From positions 1 to 64,000 of the forward strand of contig QPGO01000105.1 in the NCBI GenBank assembly GCA_008632985.1: a stretch of DNA of 64,000 nt. Reading direction: 5' to 3'. How positions within the stretch are numbered: the stretch's first letter is position 1; each line of letters opens with the position of its first letter. This DNA is from Psammoneis japonica (Eukaryota). Shown here piece after piece: positions 24,119 to 37,528 of the stretch. The notes under the pieces were generated by a model. It searched no databases. It was given only the letters and a program-made list of their open reading frames with translations, and had not been told where the DNA came from. Both the position numbers and the translations under genes were made by a program.

Positions 24119-27100
24119 CTAAAGTGCAACCATTTGCGCACGCACGTTCTTCACGATTCTTCCCTTTGTGTTCAAAACTACTTCGACAACATCGGACTGC
24201 TGAGAAACAAAGATTGCCTCATCATCTTGCTGCGTTGTCTCATAAGGATCGGGAAGGGGAACGTCGATTGTGACGTTTCGAGAAAACAACAGTATCTCCT
24301 TCCCTTCTTTGTAGAGAACTACAACTTTTACCAACGAATCGATCCCTTCCTTGGCAGCAGCCTTTGGCTTCGAGAATTCGCCTTGGACTTGCGCGCGAGG
24401 AAAAGTACCTGGCTGCAAACGCGCTTGTTTCACCTTGAAAACCGTTCTTCCATTTCTTCGAATCTTGGGCATTATTGTCACCAGCACGGGATCAGAAACA
24501 TAGACATGCGTTGCTTTCGCGTTGTTGTTGGCCTCTTTAGCATTAGCTGGAATAGCTAACAGTGGGTCAACCTCATAATTTGCTGAGCCGTAATTTTGGT
24601 AGTCACGTTCTTTGCAGTAGTTCAAAAGGTAGCCGGGCGAAAAATCAAAGACGTCGCAGTAAAAAGGAAATGATTTCGTCAGCATTTGATAGGTACAACA
24701 TGTAAACCGCTCATTTACAGCTCCAACAGCAAGGTTTAATCGATCCATGAAGGATCTTGACCCAACGAAAAAGTAGCCATCACGGCATCCAGGCAGACAC
24801 TTCACAGGTTCATATTGAGCGGGCGTGTTTTTTGTTAAGTCCTTCCACTTGATGCATTTTCTAGTTGAATCACAATTTGGATCATCGTCAGTTGCCGATC
24901 CGTAGGTATACTCGTCATTGAGCTTGAATAGTGAGTGACCTAGTTCATGAACTGCCACTAACGCAGCGTTCGGATGCACGGATGTAGTCGCCACATTAGA
25001 AAATGTGTATCCAGCTCCGCCATAGTCGTTTGAGTTGTGGATGACGACGGTCTGTACATTCGATCCGACGGGCGAACACTTGTTTGATAATCTGTGGGCG
25101 CGCTCAACGTCACAGCTGCAAAGTGAAAATATGGCAAACGGAATCAGCAAAAAGGAGAGATCAATTATGTTCCCTGTCTTTTCACACATGGTCATTTCTT
25201 ACCACAACAACCGATCTATCTCCGCACATCCCACCTTACAGAATGTTGTGTCCAGTCTCTGCGGGTCAACACGAAAGAAACTGAGCGCGTCAATGTTTTC
25301 AGAGAACATGTTGTAGTTTTGGAACAAGGCGTACGTCTTGCTGACTTGATTCTGCCATTCTTCATGACTCTTGGTATTAAAGGCCGACGCAACAAAAATA
25401 ATGTTAACGTGGTTTTGTTGAAATTGGGACCCAAACTTGTGCTTGACTGGATAGCATTCAGACGAAGTCATGCACACACCACTTCGACAAGCAGATGACT
25501 TGCAATCACTATCCCATGAACAACTTTGTCCCGCGCCACGCAATCCTTTTCCCAAATTATCCACCTTAGGTGCCACAGTGGGAGCAAGAGTCCCTCGTGG
25601 GGGCGTTCTTATGGGCTCCGTCGTCGGGTTTGGCGTCTTTGGAACGCTTGGAACCAAAGTAGGGGAAGGCGTTGCCTTGGTTGGATGTGGCGTTGGTGGT
25701 GGACTAGGCAATGGTGTAGGATGTGTAGTCGGCTGAGAAGTCGACGGAGACAATGTTGGGTTTGAAGAGGGCAAATTCGACGGTTCAGGTGTCAGCTTTT
25801 GAGTTGGCCTCGTAGTGGGCTCCGTTGTAGTCAACCGTGTCGGTGGTGTGGTCGGTTGAGACGAAGTGGGAGCAAGGGTAGGGTTTGCAGTAGGCTCCGT
25901 CGTGGGTGACTTGGTAGGTGGTAGTGACGGTCTTTCAGTAGGTACTTTTGTTGGAATCGAAGTAAGCATTGTTGGAGTTAATGTTGGTGGAGACGTAGGC
26001 GAACGCGTCGGAAATCGAGTTGAGGTCTTAGCAGCTGGAATACCCGCATTGTTTGCAACCATTTGGCCGCCACCACATGCGCAGCAGGCGTTCCCCGCCA
26101 CCGCGCCGTAGTTTTCGAAGAGGCTTCCGTATTGTTGGCAGTTGTCATCCTCTCCGTACCAGTCGCAGTTGTACTGCTCACCATCAGCATCATGCCAACC
26201 AAACGGGCTATCGCGGCATATCATTTGTGGATTCGTTGCTGTACTAGAAGCCTGCGTCCGCTTCCACAAGAATAAATGACTCATGACAAAACGAGGAACA
26301 CGACTTCCTGTGTTGCTGCTCATTTTGTAGACGTCCCCCCAGCCATCCTCGTTCCACATGCAAAAACTGGCATCTTCATTTCTGTGTTGGACTGACATCA
26401 TGATATCATTTCCACTAGGCGACGAAGATAATCGTATTGTACTGGTCTCATCTCCAATATTAGGTCCAACGTATTCCTTTGACCAATCGTTCGACCAAAT
26501 TCTATAATAGACGTTTGTCGCTGACCTCTTTTTGTACGTCGCAACCGCCGTTCCCGACGTTGTTTGAAACGCGACATCCATGCCGTGATCAGGCTTAATT
26601 ATGTCCAAACCATAGGTGGCTACTTTAGTCGATCCCCAACTAAAGTCTCCATCCCAGATTGCCACCCAGTATGAAGAGTCAGGAGTAGTTGTCACCCCCA
26701 ACGCGATTCGATCTGATGAAGCGTCCGGACTCAATTTCAAGTGCCGGATGTTGTTAGCTCGGGTACGCGAGATTTCACTTGGCGGCGAAAGCAAATACTC
26801 GTTACTCCATCTGGAACCACTCCATATCCGATATCCTACACTCAAAGATTCTTTTTTGCCAAAAACAGCTACCGCCCTGCCGCTCTGCTGTTCATAGGCC
26901 ACAGAATTCGCTTTCGATGTAACTCTGTCATTATCCAAAACCAACACATCGCCCCATCTTTTCCCATTCCAAACCATTAAAAAGTCAGACTGCCTTTGTG
27001 TGCCACCAGTTAGAACTATTTCGTCTGACTTCGGATTGGAAACCAAATTTAGTCGCTTGCCTCGGTCACTTGCGACAGGAGAATCCATGAGAGATTCCAA

Positions 27101-27559
27101 GCTCCAAACAACGCCATTCCATGTACGGTAGTAAATCACGTCTTCGACACCTTTAGAGTACGCCAAAACTGCATTGCCGCTTTGAGACTCGTACGCAACA
27201 TCAAACGCATTCCGGTTACTATTGTGAGCATTCTCATCTAGAGGTGAGAAGGGGAGATTCATCCAAACGCCTTCAGAGTACATTTGTGCCGTGACTACAT
27301 TCTCGGCAGTAACACCAACAACCACGGCTTCATCACGGAGCGGCGCGTAAGCGCCCCGAGTCACTTGCCATCTATCCCCGGTTCCTTTCATGCTTTCTTT
27401 TTCAGAGAATCCAGTGCCATTCCAAACAGCGTACCCGGGGGGTGTAGAACCACTGTTTGCAAAAATTGCGATTCCCTCGTCATGATTTTCGGCTGTAACG
27501 ATGATCAAAATATGCACCAAGAGGTTGAGAATATTTACACTTCGCCAAGACTTGAACAT
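24119..27559 (-). CDS. Secreted multidomain zinc metallopeptidase (M64/IgA peptidase-like); intron 25116-25202
   Basis: Signal peptide, W-N/D-G-repeat beta-rich region, Cys-rich module and Pro/Thr stalk. Splicing restores RLLCCDV. Catalytic region YGGAG...VAVHELGHSLFKLNDEY (HExxH). Confidence 0.8.
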
Positions 27560-27839
27560 CTTGGTTTTTTCATTTCTTTTTTTGAATTCTTGGTTTTCGA
27601 TCCAGGATGTGAAGCATTTTGGTGAAACATGCGAAACATGTTACAGTACGTGCTGTAAGCTTGCCCGCCAATTGCCACCGATGAAAAAAGTGATTTGAGT
27701 TGAAGTCACTTTCGCCTATTGTCATTTAAGCCTCGATGACCGAGATAGGACATTATTTAAGCCTAGATGACCGAGATCGGGAAAGGACAGAAGTGGTAAT
27801 GGAGGATCTGATGACAGCGAGCGCAGGGGGGTTGTCCCT

Positions 27840-29230
27840 TCCGCACAGCGTGGAGGGCATTGTGATTACAGTGTGACATGAGGCAGAAGTGCTGCTCAAC
27901 CCTGCACTGAGCCATCAAGAGAGCTCCACGCCAGCAGATGCCCCAATCGCAGTGTCAGGAGAGGACGATGTGTCGCAAAGGCTGGTGAGTGCATCTGTGT
28001 TGAGATCGCAAAGGCCAAGCACGTGAGCCACAAAATAAAAAGTTGCTGAGGTGTGGCGTCAAAAAAAGCAGCTTCATCATGAGGGCAGATCATGTGCCTG
28101 TGCACCTGCTTTTTAGAGACGCAAAGCAGCCAGCTTGTCACCCACACTCTCAAGTCTTCTGTTTTCTTTTGTGCAGGCCTGTGTGCACTCGTTCTCAACT
28201 TTTCTTTTTCTCCAGATGACAAACACCCCCCAAGCCCACCCACACGCGACAAATGCTGGGGCAAGAGCTCACACCACAAATGCGCTGGTGCTCAGATCAT
28301 CCCACCCTGAAGTCTGCCCTTTCTGCCATGCTCTTTTGCCAATGACCAAGACTCTTGCTCCTTGCAGAGCGCTTGTTTTGAAGCCCCAAACAATCTTTTG
28401 ACCATGTTCAAGAACCTGGTGCAGCCGCGGCTGACCAGACCAGCACACTGTTTGCAACTTGTGCTTGCACCATCAAAACCAACAATTTCAAGCATTCTGA
28501 GCAAGGCTGACAACAAGAGCAGCTGTGCTGGTGGCAGTCACACAACGCTGCACAACAGCTCGCAGATTTCCAGAGAGAGCCAGCTCCAAGCAAAGAACAC
28601 CCTGGGCAGTCTGACGAGCACAAGGAGTTTGTTGACAGATGGGTGAAAGAGGGGCACACCAGCACTGGCTTTTAGAGAGTCTCAAATTCTGGTTGCTTGA
28701 TCAGCCAGCTCCACCCACGGTGTGTTTGCAGGATCAAAAGCAACCAAAATGACCCAATCCAAACAAGTTGATGGCACTGTCACAAGCTCCCAGGGTGCCT
28801 GCAATGTGGGAACTGGCATTTTGAAATGAGAATGCTGGAAGAAACTTGAGCTTCAATGAGCTAAAAAAAACACATTTGCGTTGCAGGGGAGAATGGGTCC
28901 AAGGCCATCTTCGTGCTGTTGGGCACGTCCAGTGGGCGCAGATTGATGCTCTTGCATGGGAGAATGGCAAGAGGGAAATGCACATGGGCAAGGTGTGGAA
29001 ACATCAAAGGATCAGACCGCAAAGCATGATGGGGTGTGGATTGAGAATGAACCACTTTTGGACAATGATGGTGAAGCGCGCGAGGGGCACTTTGCAACAT
29101 GAAGTGTGGTGGTTTCATGCATCAAAGCATTGGTGACAATGGAAATTGAGATTTAACAACTTTCAGAGCTGTCACAGGAAGGAAACTATTTCCACCAGAA
29201 TCAATTTGTGCCTTGCGACAATCTGTGCCA
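27840..29230. other. TpA-depleted hypermutated block
   Basis: Same dinucleotide signature as the other blocks. Confidence 0.8.
28870..29230 (+). pseudogene. Decayed duplicate of the 3' end and downstream flank of the MORN gene at about 20205-20570
   Basis: ggagaatgggtcca...ggagaatggcaaga...ggtgtggaaaca...tggattgagaatga...ggaaggaaacta.ttccaccagaa is collinear with 20224-20545; frameshifted. Confidence 0.85.
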
Positions 29231-29503
29231 CTTGAGAGATCGCCAACGGATAGAAAGAGATGGTTCCTTCTGCAGTCAACTGGTTGTTTTAAGGGGGTAG
29301 CCTATCGTGTTCATGTTTGCTGCTTCTTTTGGATCACGACAATTACCCAATTACCACAAGACAAGGTCGACCTTGGAGTGGTTCGGAATGTGTTTTGGTC
29401 CACACATATCTAGTGCAAATACGAAATATATCAAAACATGTAAAAGTTCGCAATTTATTGTAAGTAGAAACAAAATGCGCCCCCCGGGATGCATCTCTAC
29501 AAT

Positions 29504-30857
29504 TTACTCGGATCTTGCACTCTTGATTCGACTCTTCATCTTACTAAAGACGCTCTTGGTTTTCCCAGGAACCTTGTCGATAACCTTTTTGACAACTTGA
29601 CCGACGTTGGGTTGCTGATGAAGCACAGGATTGTCAAAGACAGACTGGTCGGGACCCGAAGCATTCTTCAACGACTGCCGGAGATACAATATACGTGCTT
29701 CCGATTCGACAAGTACGCCATTGATTTCATCGAGCGATTGCTGAAGCTTGTCGTACACTTTACGCTCGAACGCAAGCACATCGTGCTTTTGGTCCAAGAG
29801 CGCATCCAGCTGTGTTGCGCCGGGTCCCGGCCGCAGCTTTTGACGAAGGCCCGTCATGTGGTCAATGACATCTTGGTAGTATTTTAAATCGCACTTTTTC
29901 GCTTCCATCTTTTCCTTGATGGATTCAATCACCTCGTATATTTCTGCCTCTCGCTGCGTTTCAATGGTAAGTTCCGCCTTGATCATTTGAGTCGTCTTTC
30001 CGACCTAAAGTAATATCGAGAGAGGTGGATGAGAACGATTGTGTGTAAGACGACGAATCAGAGAAATGTGAAAAGTCGAAGCTTTAATCAATAGATTACG
30101 TATACAATAAAATAATCAAAACAACAATTAGACAACAACTCACCTCTCCGCTAATCATTTCCTTTTCGGATCTGAGTTGCTTTTCGAGTTCCCTCTCCAC
30201 CTTGCGTGCTTGAGATTCGGTCTTTTTCTGCATCTTTGCAATTTTGGCAGCTGTTTGCTTCTTCAACACTTCGGATTGATCCAAGTGCTGCTTGGTCCTT
30301 GCCTTGAGTTCATTCAAATCGTACGTCACCGCGCTCGTGGCGGCATAGGAATTGGAATTGAGTGGCAACCTCATGGTGGGGTCCAACAACATTCTCTTGT
30401 CGGCGTCAATCGAGGGTTGCTCAAACGAAGGTGGTTGAGCTTGCTGTTGCGGTTGTTGAGTAGTAAAACTGGAAGCGGGTGCTTGGGACTGGGGAAAGCC
30501 TGACGCCGGAGGCTGTTGCGAAGAAGAAAAGCCTGCGGTGGCAGTTCGTTCTTGATTAAGAAAGCCCTGCTTTGGCAGAGTCGAGGGTTGTTGCTGAGTT
30601 GAAGCATTTAATTGCGTATTAAAATCGAGAGAATTTGTAGCTTCTTGTTGCGTCGGAGCCCTTCCAAACTGTGGCTGATCCGCCGCTGAAGTATCGGGAA
30701 ACGAGCCTCGAGAATCGAGAGAATCAGCCCATCCCTGAAGATTCAACGCCACATTGGAACTACGACAGCTTACTCCAGTCGTCTGAAAGGCAGCAGAGGA
30801 CTGTGATAAGGCCAGCACCAAGAGGGCCGAAAGGGCGTGGGGTGACCACTTGACCAT
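29504..30857 (-). CDS. Plastid-targeted coiled-coil protein, paralogue A; intron 30005-30143
   Basis: Signal peptide ending SSAAF-QT, Gln/Pro/Ser linker, coiled coil with LRPGPGATQLDALL. Confidence 0.8.
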
Positions 30858-31139
30858 GTTGCAAAAGAACAATTGTAATTTGTAATGCGATTTCGTGTTG
30901 GAGGGAGGAAAAGCGAGGGTTCATGCTTTCATGAGCGATGACGTACTACCATGCCGCGTAGAATTCAACGGACGCACAAGAGAAGCGTTGACGTCAGGAA
31001 GACATTTTGGATTCGCATGACGTGCTGACGTGTCCGCTATGACATCAGCAGAGTATTGTTCGATGTCCGTCCGTCCGTGCCGTTGCTTTGACACGCACAA
31101 AGAGAGAGAGGACTACCTACCACCGATACAGTATCTAGC

Positions 31140-31165
31140 TAGAGAGAGAGAGAGAAAGAGAGAGT
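31140..31165 (+). repeat. (GA)n microsatellite
   Basis: agagagagagagagaaagagagag. Confidence 0.7.
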
Positions 31166-31434
31166 AGCTACAGTACAGTAGAGTAGAGACCCTTTTACAA
31201 AACCTTTAGTAGGGCCCCTTAAGCTAGAGAGTACACTCTCCGACTAGAGAGGTGCTGTGCTTTCATTTAAAAGTTAGTTGGTTGCAAGCAGCAAGGCAGA
31301 TAATAAACAAGCGGATTAAAAAAAAAGGTTATTGTCTTCTCTGGATAAAAACGATGAAATCCAAAATGTGCGTCTCATGCTAATACCAACATGCAGTGCG
31401 TAGTCAGTCTATGAACTACACCAGCATACAGTAT

Positions 31435-33133
31435 TTAACGTCTTCTCTTTGCTGGCGTCGGAACCCCATGTCTCCTCGGTTTCGCCACTGTCCTCATACC
31501 CGCCTCGAGAAAGCCCAAAACTGTAAAGGTTCCTCCAATAATTGCCATGAGGGAAGTAATGTACTCATAGAATCTCTGTGTTCTAGGAACGTAGGACACG
31601 GCAATAGGACTCAAGTCGATAATAAATTTGGCCTCCGGGACAATGTCACTCCTGTATATGGCTAATTCAGTCGACTGAAGAATCTGATAAGCCGTGTTGC
31701 TTCCCCATCTTTCCCGGGCCTTCATCCATGATGTTTTGATTTGGTTGGAAAAGCTGGTGGGTATCAATTTCAAATAATGATGGTAAGCTTCATGGAGATT
31801 TGTCGTAACGTAGACATTTCCATTCATTGGCGTTGTCGATTCGGCAAGGTTACCGGGAAACTTGAGACTCGTCTGTTGTTTCAAATGCGTAATCAATCGA
31901 TCATCGCCAAAGCTCAAGTGGTGAATTTCATGCGAAACATTGGTCATGTGCGGAGCCAAATCGTGTGACTTGGACCGGGCTTGAATGAAAAAGTTTCCAG
32001 GCACGCGATTAAGCATCAAATACCCCGATAGTTGACAACCGGGATGATCCTGTGGATTCCACTGTCGTTGTTGCGTCACGTGCCGACTCCGTTCGACACC
32101 TTCAGCCCACTGCTTTTCTTCCTCGGAAACATTCAAACGCTTCTTGACAGCTTCTTGAGCCAAGTGCATCCATCGTTCGTCATCCTGAATCTCGGATCGA
32201 TGGCGTTCCTCTGCCGTCTCCAAGAAATGGGTCATTGCCAAGACTGTTCGATCACCATAGTACTCTCCACCAGAATAGGGCTCGCCATCGACAAAGAGAC
32301 GTAGTGTTGGGTATCCCCGAATGCCTTCGTCCCTGCACAGGTCTTTATGCTCAACGCAATCTATTTTGCTAATAACAACAGGCATTTGAAGTTTCAGGGC
32401 AGTTTGATACTCCTCGACTGTGTAGTCCTCTTCCTCGTCAATGGTTTTTTCGGCAGCGTCCACCATGACCTCAGCCAAGGTCTCCCAAGTCGGTGCTGAA
32501 ACAATACAACACATTATGTAGGTGTGAGAGAACAACCATGTAAACAACAAATAGTGCAAAAATACCACATACTCGTAATACACACTCACCTAGCGCACGA
32601 CAATGACTGCACCACGATGCATAGAAATCAACAAACAAGAAATCGTACTCGTTCTTTGCAAACTCAAACGTGTCTGGATCTAAGGATATGGCATCCTCAC
32701 CATCCTCGTGTAAGTCTTCAATCGATTCAGTCACTTTGGAGTCACTGATTTGAATATCATGCTGATGCACGTTCCTTCCCATGAGGCGTTGTCGCATGCC
32801 CTCCGTATCGACCGTCCACTTTTGAACATTGCTTGATACATTTTGCTCTGTTCCCAAGACGCTCACGACATCTATCGTTGCATACTCGCACCGGAGATCC
32901 ATCATAGTAATGTTGAAATTGACACGTATATACTTGTCTTGTTCGTTGGGAGCATCCAAGCTTAGGCTTGTTACAATTGACGTAGATAAGTACTGTCGTG
33001 TTTCCTGAAAAAACAGAGTCAAAATCAACAAGAGCGCCGCCCACGACAAGACCCTCCCCTCTCGAGTACCCTCCACAAGATCGACAGGGACCTTACGGTA
33101 CATGTCTAGGTTTGCGACCCATCGACGAGGCAT
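31435..33133 (-). CDS. PDI-C/ERGIC family protein (ERGIC N-terminal domain, thioredoxin WCSHC, COPII ERV C-terminal domain); intron 32496-32589
   Basis: LDMYRKVPVDLVEGT; FVDFYASWCSHCRAL|APTWE; GCQLSGYLMLNRVPGNF; YITSLMAIIGGTFTV. Confidence 0.9.
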
Positions 33134-35689
33134 TTTGTTATTACTTTACAAAGCTGTTAAGGCAGCTCTTTGAATCCAACGTGACGATTATAGAATGATT
33201 CGGTGTCAATGATACAATAAGATCCGACCGACGGAACAAGAGAAGAGCGAATAGGGTCGGCTTATGTTGTGATGCGCGTCACTGCGCTTCATTTTTTTTT
33301 GGCTTGCTGTGCACGTTACAGACCTCCCAAGCCGGGAGTGCACGCACCTGTACCTGCGTGGTTTCAACACAGAGATAGAATGACTGATGGCGGGAATGAC
33401 CTAAATTTTCAACCGCACAGAGTGCACACGAGCTGCATGCCGGCATCCAGCAGTTCCAATCCGTCCCCTGACTTGTTGGAAAAGCTTGGCAACAAGAATC
33501 TGGCTGCATTAAAAAGTGATTTGGAAAGTGCACCAGCACAAAAGTGAAGGTTGCACTGTGTCAAAACTTTCACTTTCTTTTTCACATTGACAATGAGCAA
33601 AAGTCATGCCGCAACATGATCGCAGGAGGCAAAGCTGTGCAAACACCAGGTGCAATGCCTCCCCCCATGTTTGAGAACCTTGGTGAATGTTGAGTCTTGG
33701 AAACATTGCTTGCTCTGCAAAAAGGGTGGCTCTTGATCTGGGTCAGCACTCCATTGCAACACTGTCAGCGCACACAAGAGGCAGCTGTCCATCACAGAGA
33801 CACACGAAGAAGAGAGCTCACAAGAAAATTCTCTTTACAAAGAGATGCCATTTGGCTTGTCCCATGCTGGGGTTTGCATTGCACAACCTTTGTCAAACTG
33901 GAAGCTGCGCACCAGAGTTGATTGGCTGGGGGCTGCACCACATTTTTTGTCGATGCAGTTGTGCCACCTCATTCTGCAACTCTGGTGCTGTGTCAAAGAC
34001 CATGTCACCACCTTTGCTGCTGGCACTCTGTTGGGGATTGTGAAGGTGGCTCAGGCTGTCATGCATTGCTTGTTGAAGACTTTGTTGTTGTGTGCTGTCT
34101 TTGTCATGTCAAACATTTTGCTGAGCAACATTTGTTCCAGCCAATCTGAAAAGCACTTTGTGGCAAGGGCAGCTCTTGCTGCCTTGTTGGCTGTTGGCAT
34201 CTAGTGCTGTTCAGTGTGGGCTGGTGGGCATGGTGGGCTCTTGCTCTGGGCTTGTCCTGCAACCACGCAAGGAACCACTCCCATCAGAAGAGCACAGCTG
34301 AGGGGTGCAAGCTCTTGCTTGTGTTTCTGTCCCAAATCCTTCAAAGCCTTGGCCAGGTCCAGGTCCAACCAACTCTTTTCTGAAGCTGTGTCTGGTGCTC
34401 TGGTGCTCACTGATGACAAACGTCTGATGTCAAGCACACACACAAAAAACTTTTTGAAAGGGGCATGTGCACTCTCCAAATGTTTTTTATTTTGTGTCAT
34501 GTGCTCTTCATGAGACAACAACAAGAGAAGTGCCCAAACCCAAATCTCAAACATGCAACTGAGCATTGGCCCATGGCAAGCTGTGGCACTTTTCAGCACA
34601 GCCCACATGACTGGCAGCTCTCATTGAGCATGCCAGAGGAGCACACTGTGTCTGTGCCAGCCAACCTGTCATGTGTGTCAGAAGCAATGACAGCCATGCC
34701 TGCTCTCATGTTGCCAAGTGCCACAACAGCACAATCAAGAAACATCTGGCTGGATGGCTCTGTTTTGCCACAGAATGATGCGGCACATTTTGCTGCAGTT
34801 GATGCCACCACAGCAGCTTTTTACACCTTGGCTCTTGGGGAGGAATGTCACAGAAATTTGTTTGTGAAGCAAATGAATGGCAACCCAGCAGGCAGCTCAC
34901 CATGACAAAGTTGGAATGCCCAAAAACCAAAGACAGTGCTGTTTCCTCATGAAATTTATTTTTGACAAATTGCTGGCCATTTTTCACAACCAAGAAGTTC
35001 CAAAGATGGGAAAGAGCTGAGTTCTGAAGGCCCCAACAGATGTCCCAATGTCCCAAAGGAGGTCCTCAAAAACTTGGGCAACAGGTGCTGCAACTGCACT
35101 TTGCCACAATGCAGGCGCAATCCCACATTGTTTGCCCATGCAGAAAGGTGGAGTCCATGCCAGGTCATGGCTTCTTTGCCATTTTTGCACTGCTTCCTGT
35201 AGAATGCATGCATTTGCACTTCTGCAATGAACCTGAGACACTGTGCACACTCTTGGATGTTGAACGGAAAAGATTTGTTGATCGCATGAGTCAGATTTTG
35301 CCTTTTTGGAAAGGAGAAACAAGACAGTGAGATCGACTGAGAAAGCCAAAAGGGAGATTGCTCCTGCTGGATGCAAGAGGTCACATTCTAGCCAGCTCTG
35401 GTTCAATCTCACAGCTTTCACTTTTTTGTGCTTTGTTCTGCTTTCAATCGCACTCATTCTTCAAGCATGGCGCACTTCAGCAATTCTTGGTGCTCCAAAC
35501 TCATTTGGGTCAGAGCCATTGCCATTGATCAGAAGGCCTGCATGAACACATTCTCAACACCAATGTCACATCAAATCATTTTGGATGTGTTCTCAAAGGA
35601 AAAAATGATGAGATGATGTTGTTTGTTTTTGAAGCTGCCTTTGTGAATCTCTGTTGTCTCATCTTTGCTGCTGTGGATGTCAGACATGA

Positions 35690-37030
35690 GCAGAAGATCT
35701 GCAAAGATGTGTGCAAGCATTTGCTCTTTTTGTTTTGCGTGCGCTGCATGCTTTTCTTTTTGAGTCCATTTGCCCTTCTTGAGTTGATGCCCATTTCTTG
35801 CACAAACATTTGTGTTTCCTTTTCTGCACCATGTGCATTTCTTTTTTAATCTGTTTGCCCTTCTTGCTTGGTGTGCCCATTTCTTGCACAAACATTCTCA
35901 TTTCCTTTTCTTGTCATTGAAGCTGCTGCCATGATGTTCTGGAGAGCAATTGCACATCTTGCACTTGCTCCCTCAGCAACATGGCAATGTGCACACACTT
36001 TTGCTGCTGGCAGCAAACAAGATGCTGCAACAAAACCATTGTGAAGGCACCCATTGGTTGTCATGTGCTGAAGCTGGTTTTGCTTTTGTGATGACCATGG
36101 AAAAGCTCCCTGCACCACAAAGACCATTTGCAACCACATGTCACCCAGCTTAGAAAAAAGGGTGAGAGCATGGCTGTTCTCTTGAGACAGCAGGCTTCTC
36201 AAGTTCTCTCACTCTTCCAGGAAGTGTGCACAGTTTCCTCCTCCACTGGCACCTTGGTCATCACCACAGTCATGTTGAGCCACCTTGCTGCTTTTGATTT
36301 GCTCCTCAAGCCAGCCGTGCTCTGCAACAACTCTTTGGCAAGTCTCTCTGTGTGCAGCCATGTGCTGCTGAAGATTTGTGAAGGGAGCAAGGGCACAAAT
36401 TTCAACAACAAGCAGATTTGTTTCTTGTTGCACTGCAAGTCAGCTGCAAGTCCATGCCGCCACAGGTGTCTTTTGGGTGCCACAGTCATGTTGAGCTGCT
36501 GTGCTGCTGCACTCATTGTGTCTTTAAAAACAAACTCACAACATGTGCTGCACTGGAACAAGCCAGCTCTTTTGATCAATCAGCTTGGTGGCCCACATGT
36601 TGTGCATGTTGCTTTTTGTTGGGGAAAGCACACTCTTGATGTCAAAAATTGCATCACATTGGCATTTGTGCCAATGGCATTGACAACTGCCTGTGGCTGC
36701 AAAGTTGGTGCATCCCTGCTCTCAGCTTCATGATCAACACTCTCAGCCCCAGGCTCACAAAAACAATTTGGAGGCTCTTCTGTGCCCAGCTTGTCAAAAT
36801 CACTTTGTGCCCACATGCGCTGTCACTTTCATCAAGATTTTCTTCATTGTTGGAGTCTGGCTCAATTGTTGTTGGGTGACCAATCCCCAAGAAAGGCCAG
36901 GTGCCACAACCTGACTTTGGTCTCTGCTGGGGACAAAGAGAAAGAACCCAAGCAAGCCCACCTCCAACAAAATCTGCCACATCTGAGATGCTGACCTTGC
37001 AGCATTGTCAAGTGCCCCAGATGACTGCTG
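35690..37030 (+). repeat. Dispersed repeat R, copy 1 (other copies at about 40755-41990 and 45735-46995)
   Basis: Collinear sequence tgcccatttcttgcacaaacatt...gcagcattgtcaagtgccccagatgactg is present three times. Confidence 0.85.
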
Positions 37031-37188
37031 GAGACTGGAGCAAACATTCTTCGCCTTTGCAAAGCTGCACGTCAGGTGTCCCCACCACAGGAGCAGAGTG
37101 CGCGAGAAATGGTCATTGATGAGCACACTGATTGGAGATGAGATGCAAGAGTTTCAATGATGTGATCTGTTGATTGACTTGACCCACA

Positions 37189-37528
37189 AGCAGTGAGCAC
37201 CTCTGTTTTGTGGGAAAAAACCGTTTTAAACAATTGGGTGGATGGATGTGTTTCAATGGCCACATCTCTCCCTCAAACACTGTCATCCGAACAAACCCTC
37301 AGTGTCTCACCCCCTTTTCATGTGTGCGAGGAATTTGGTTCTGCTGCTCGTTTTCTCCTGTCACAAACAGCAGAACCAAATTCCTTGTGCCAGCACATGA
37401 AAAGGGGGGTGAGACACTGAGGGTTTGTTCGGATGACAGTGTTTGAGGGAGACACATGATCATTGAAACACATTCATCCACTGAATTGTTCAACGGTTTT
37501 TTCCCACAAAATTTGGGTGCTCACTGCT
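37189..37528. mobile_element. About 340-bp foldback/MITE-like inverted repeat
   Basis: Arms of about 155 bp: agcagtgagcacc...ggaatttggttctgctg pairs with cagcagaaccaaattcc...gggtgctcactgct around a short loop. Confidence 0.8.
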
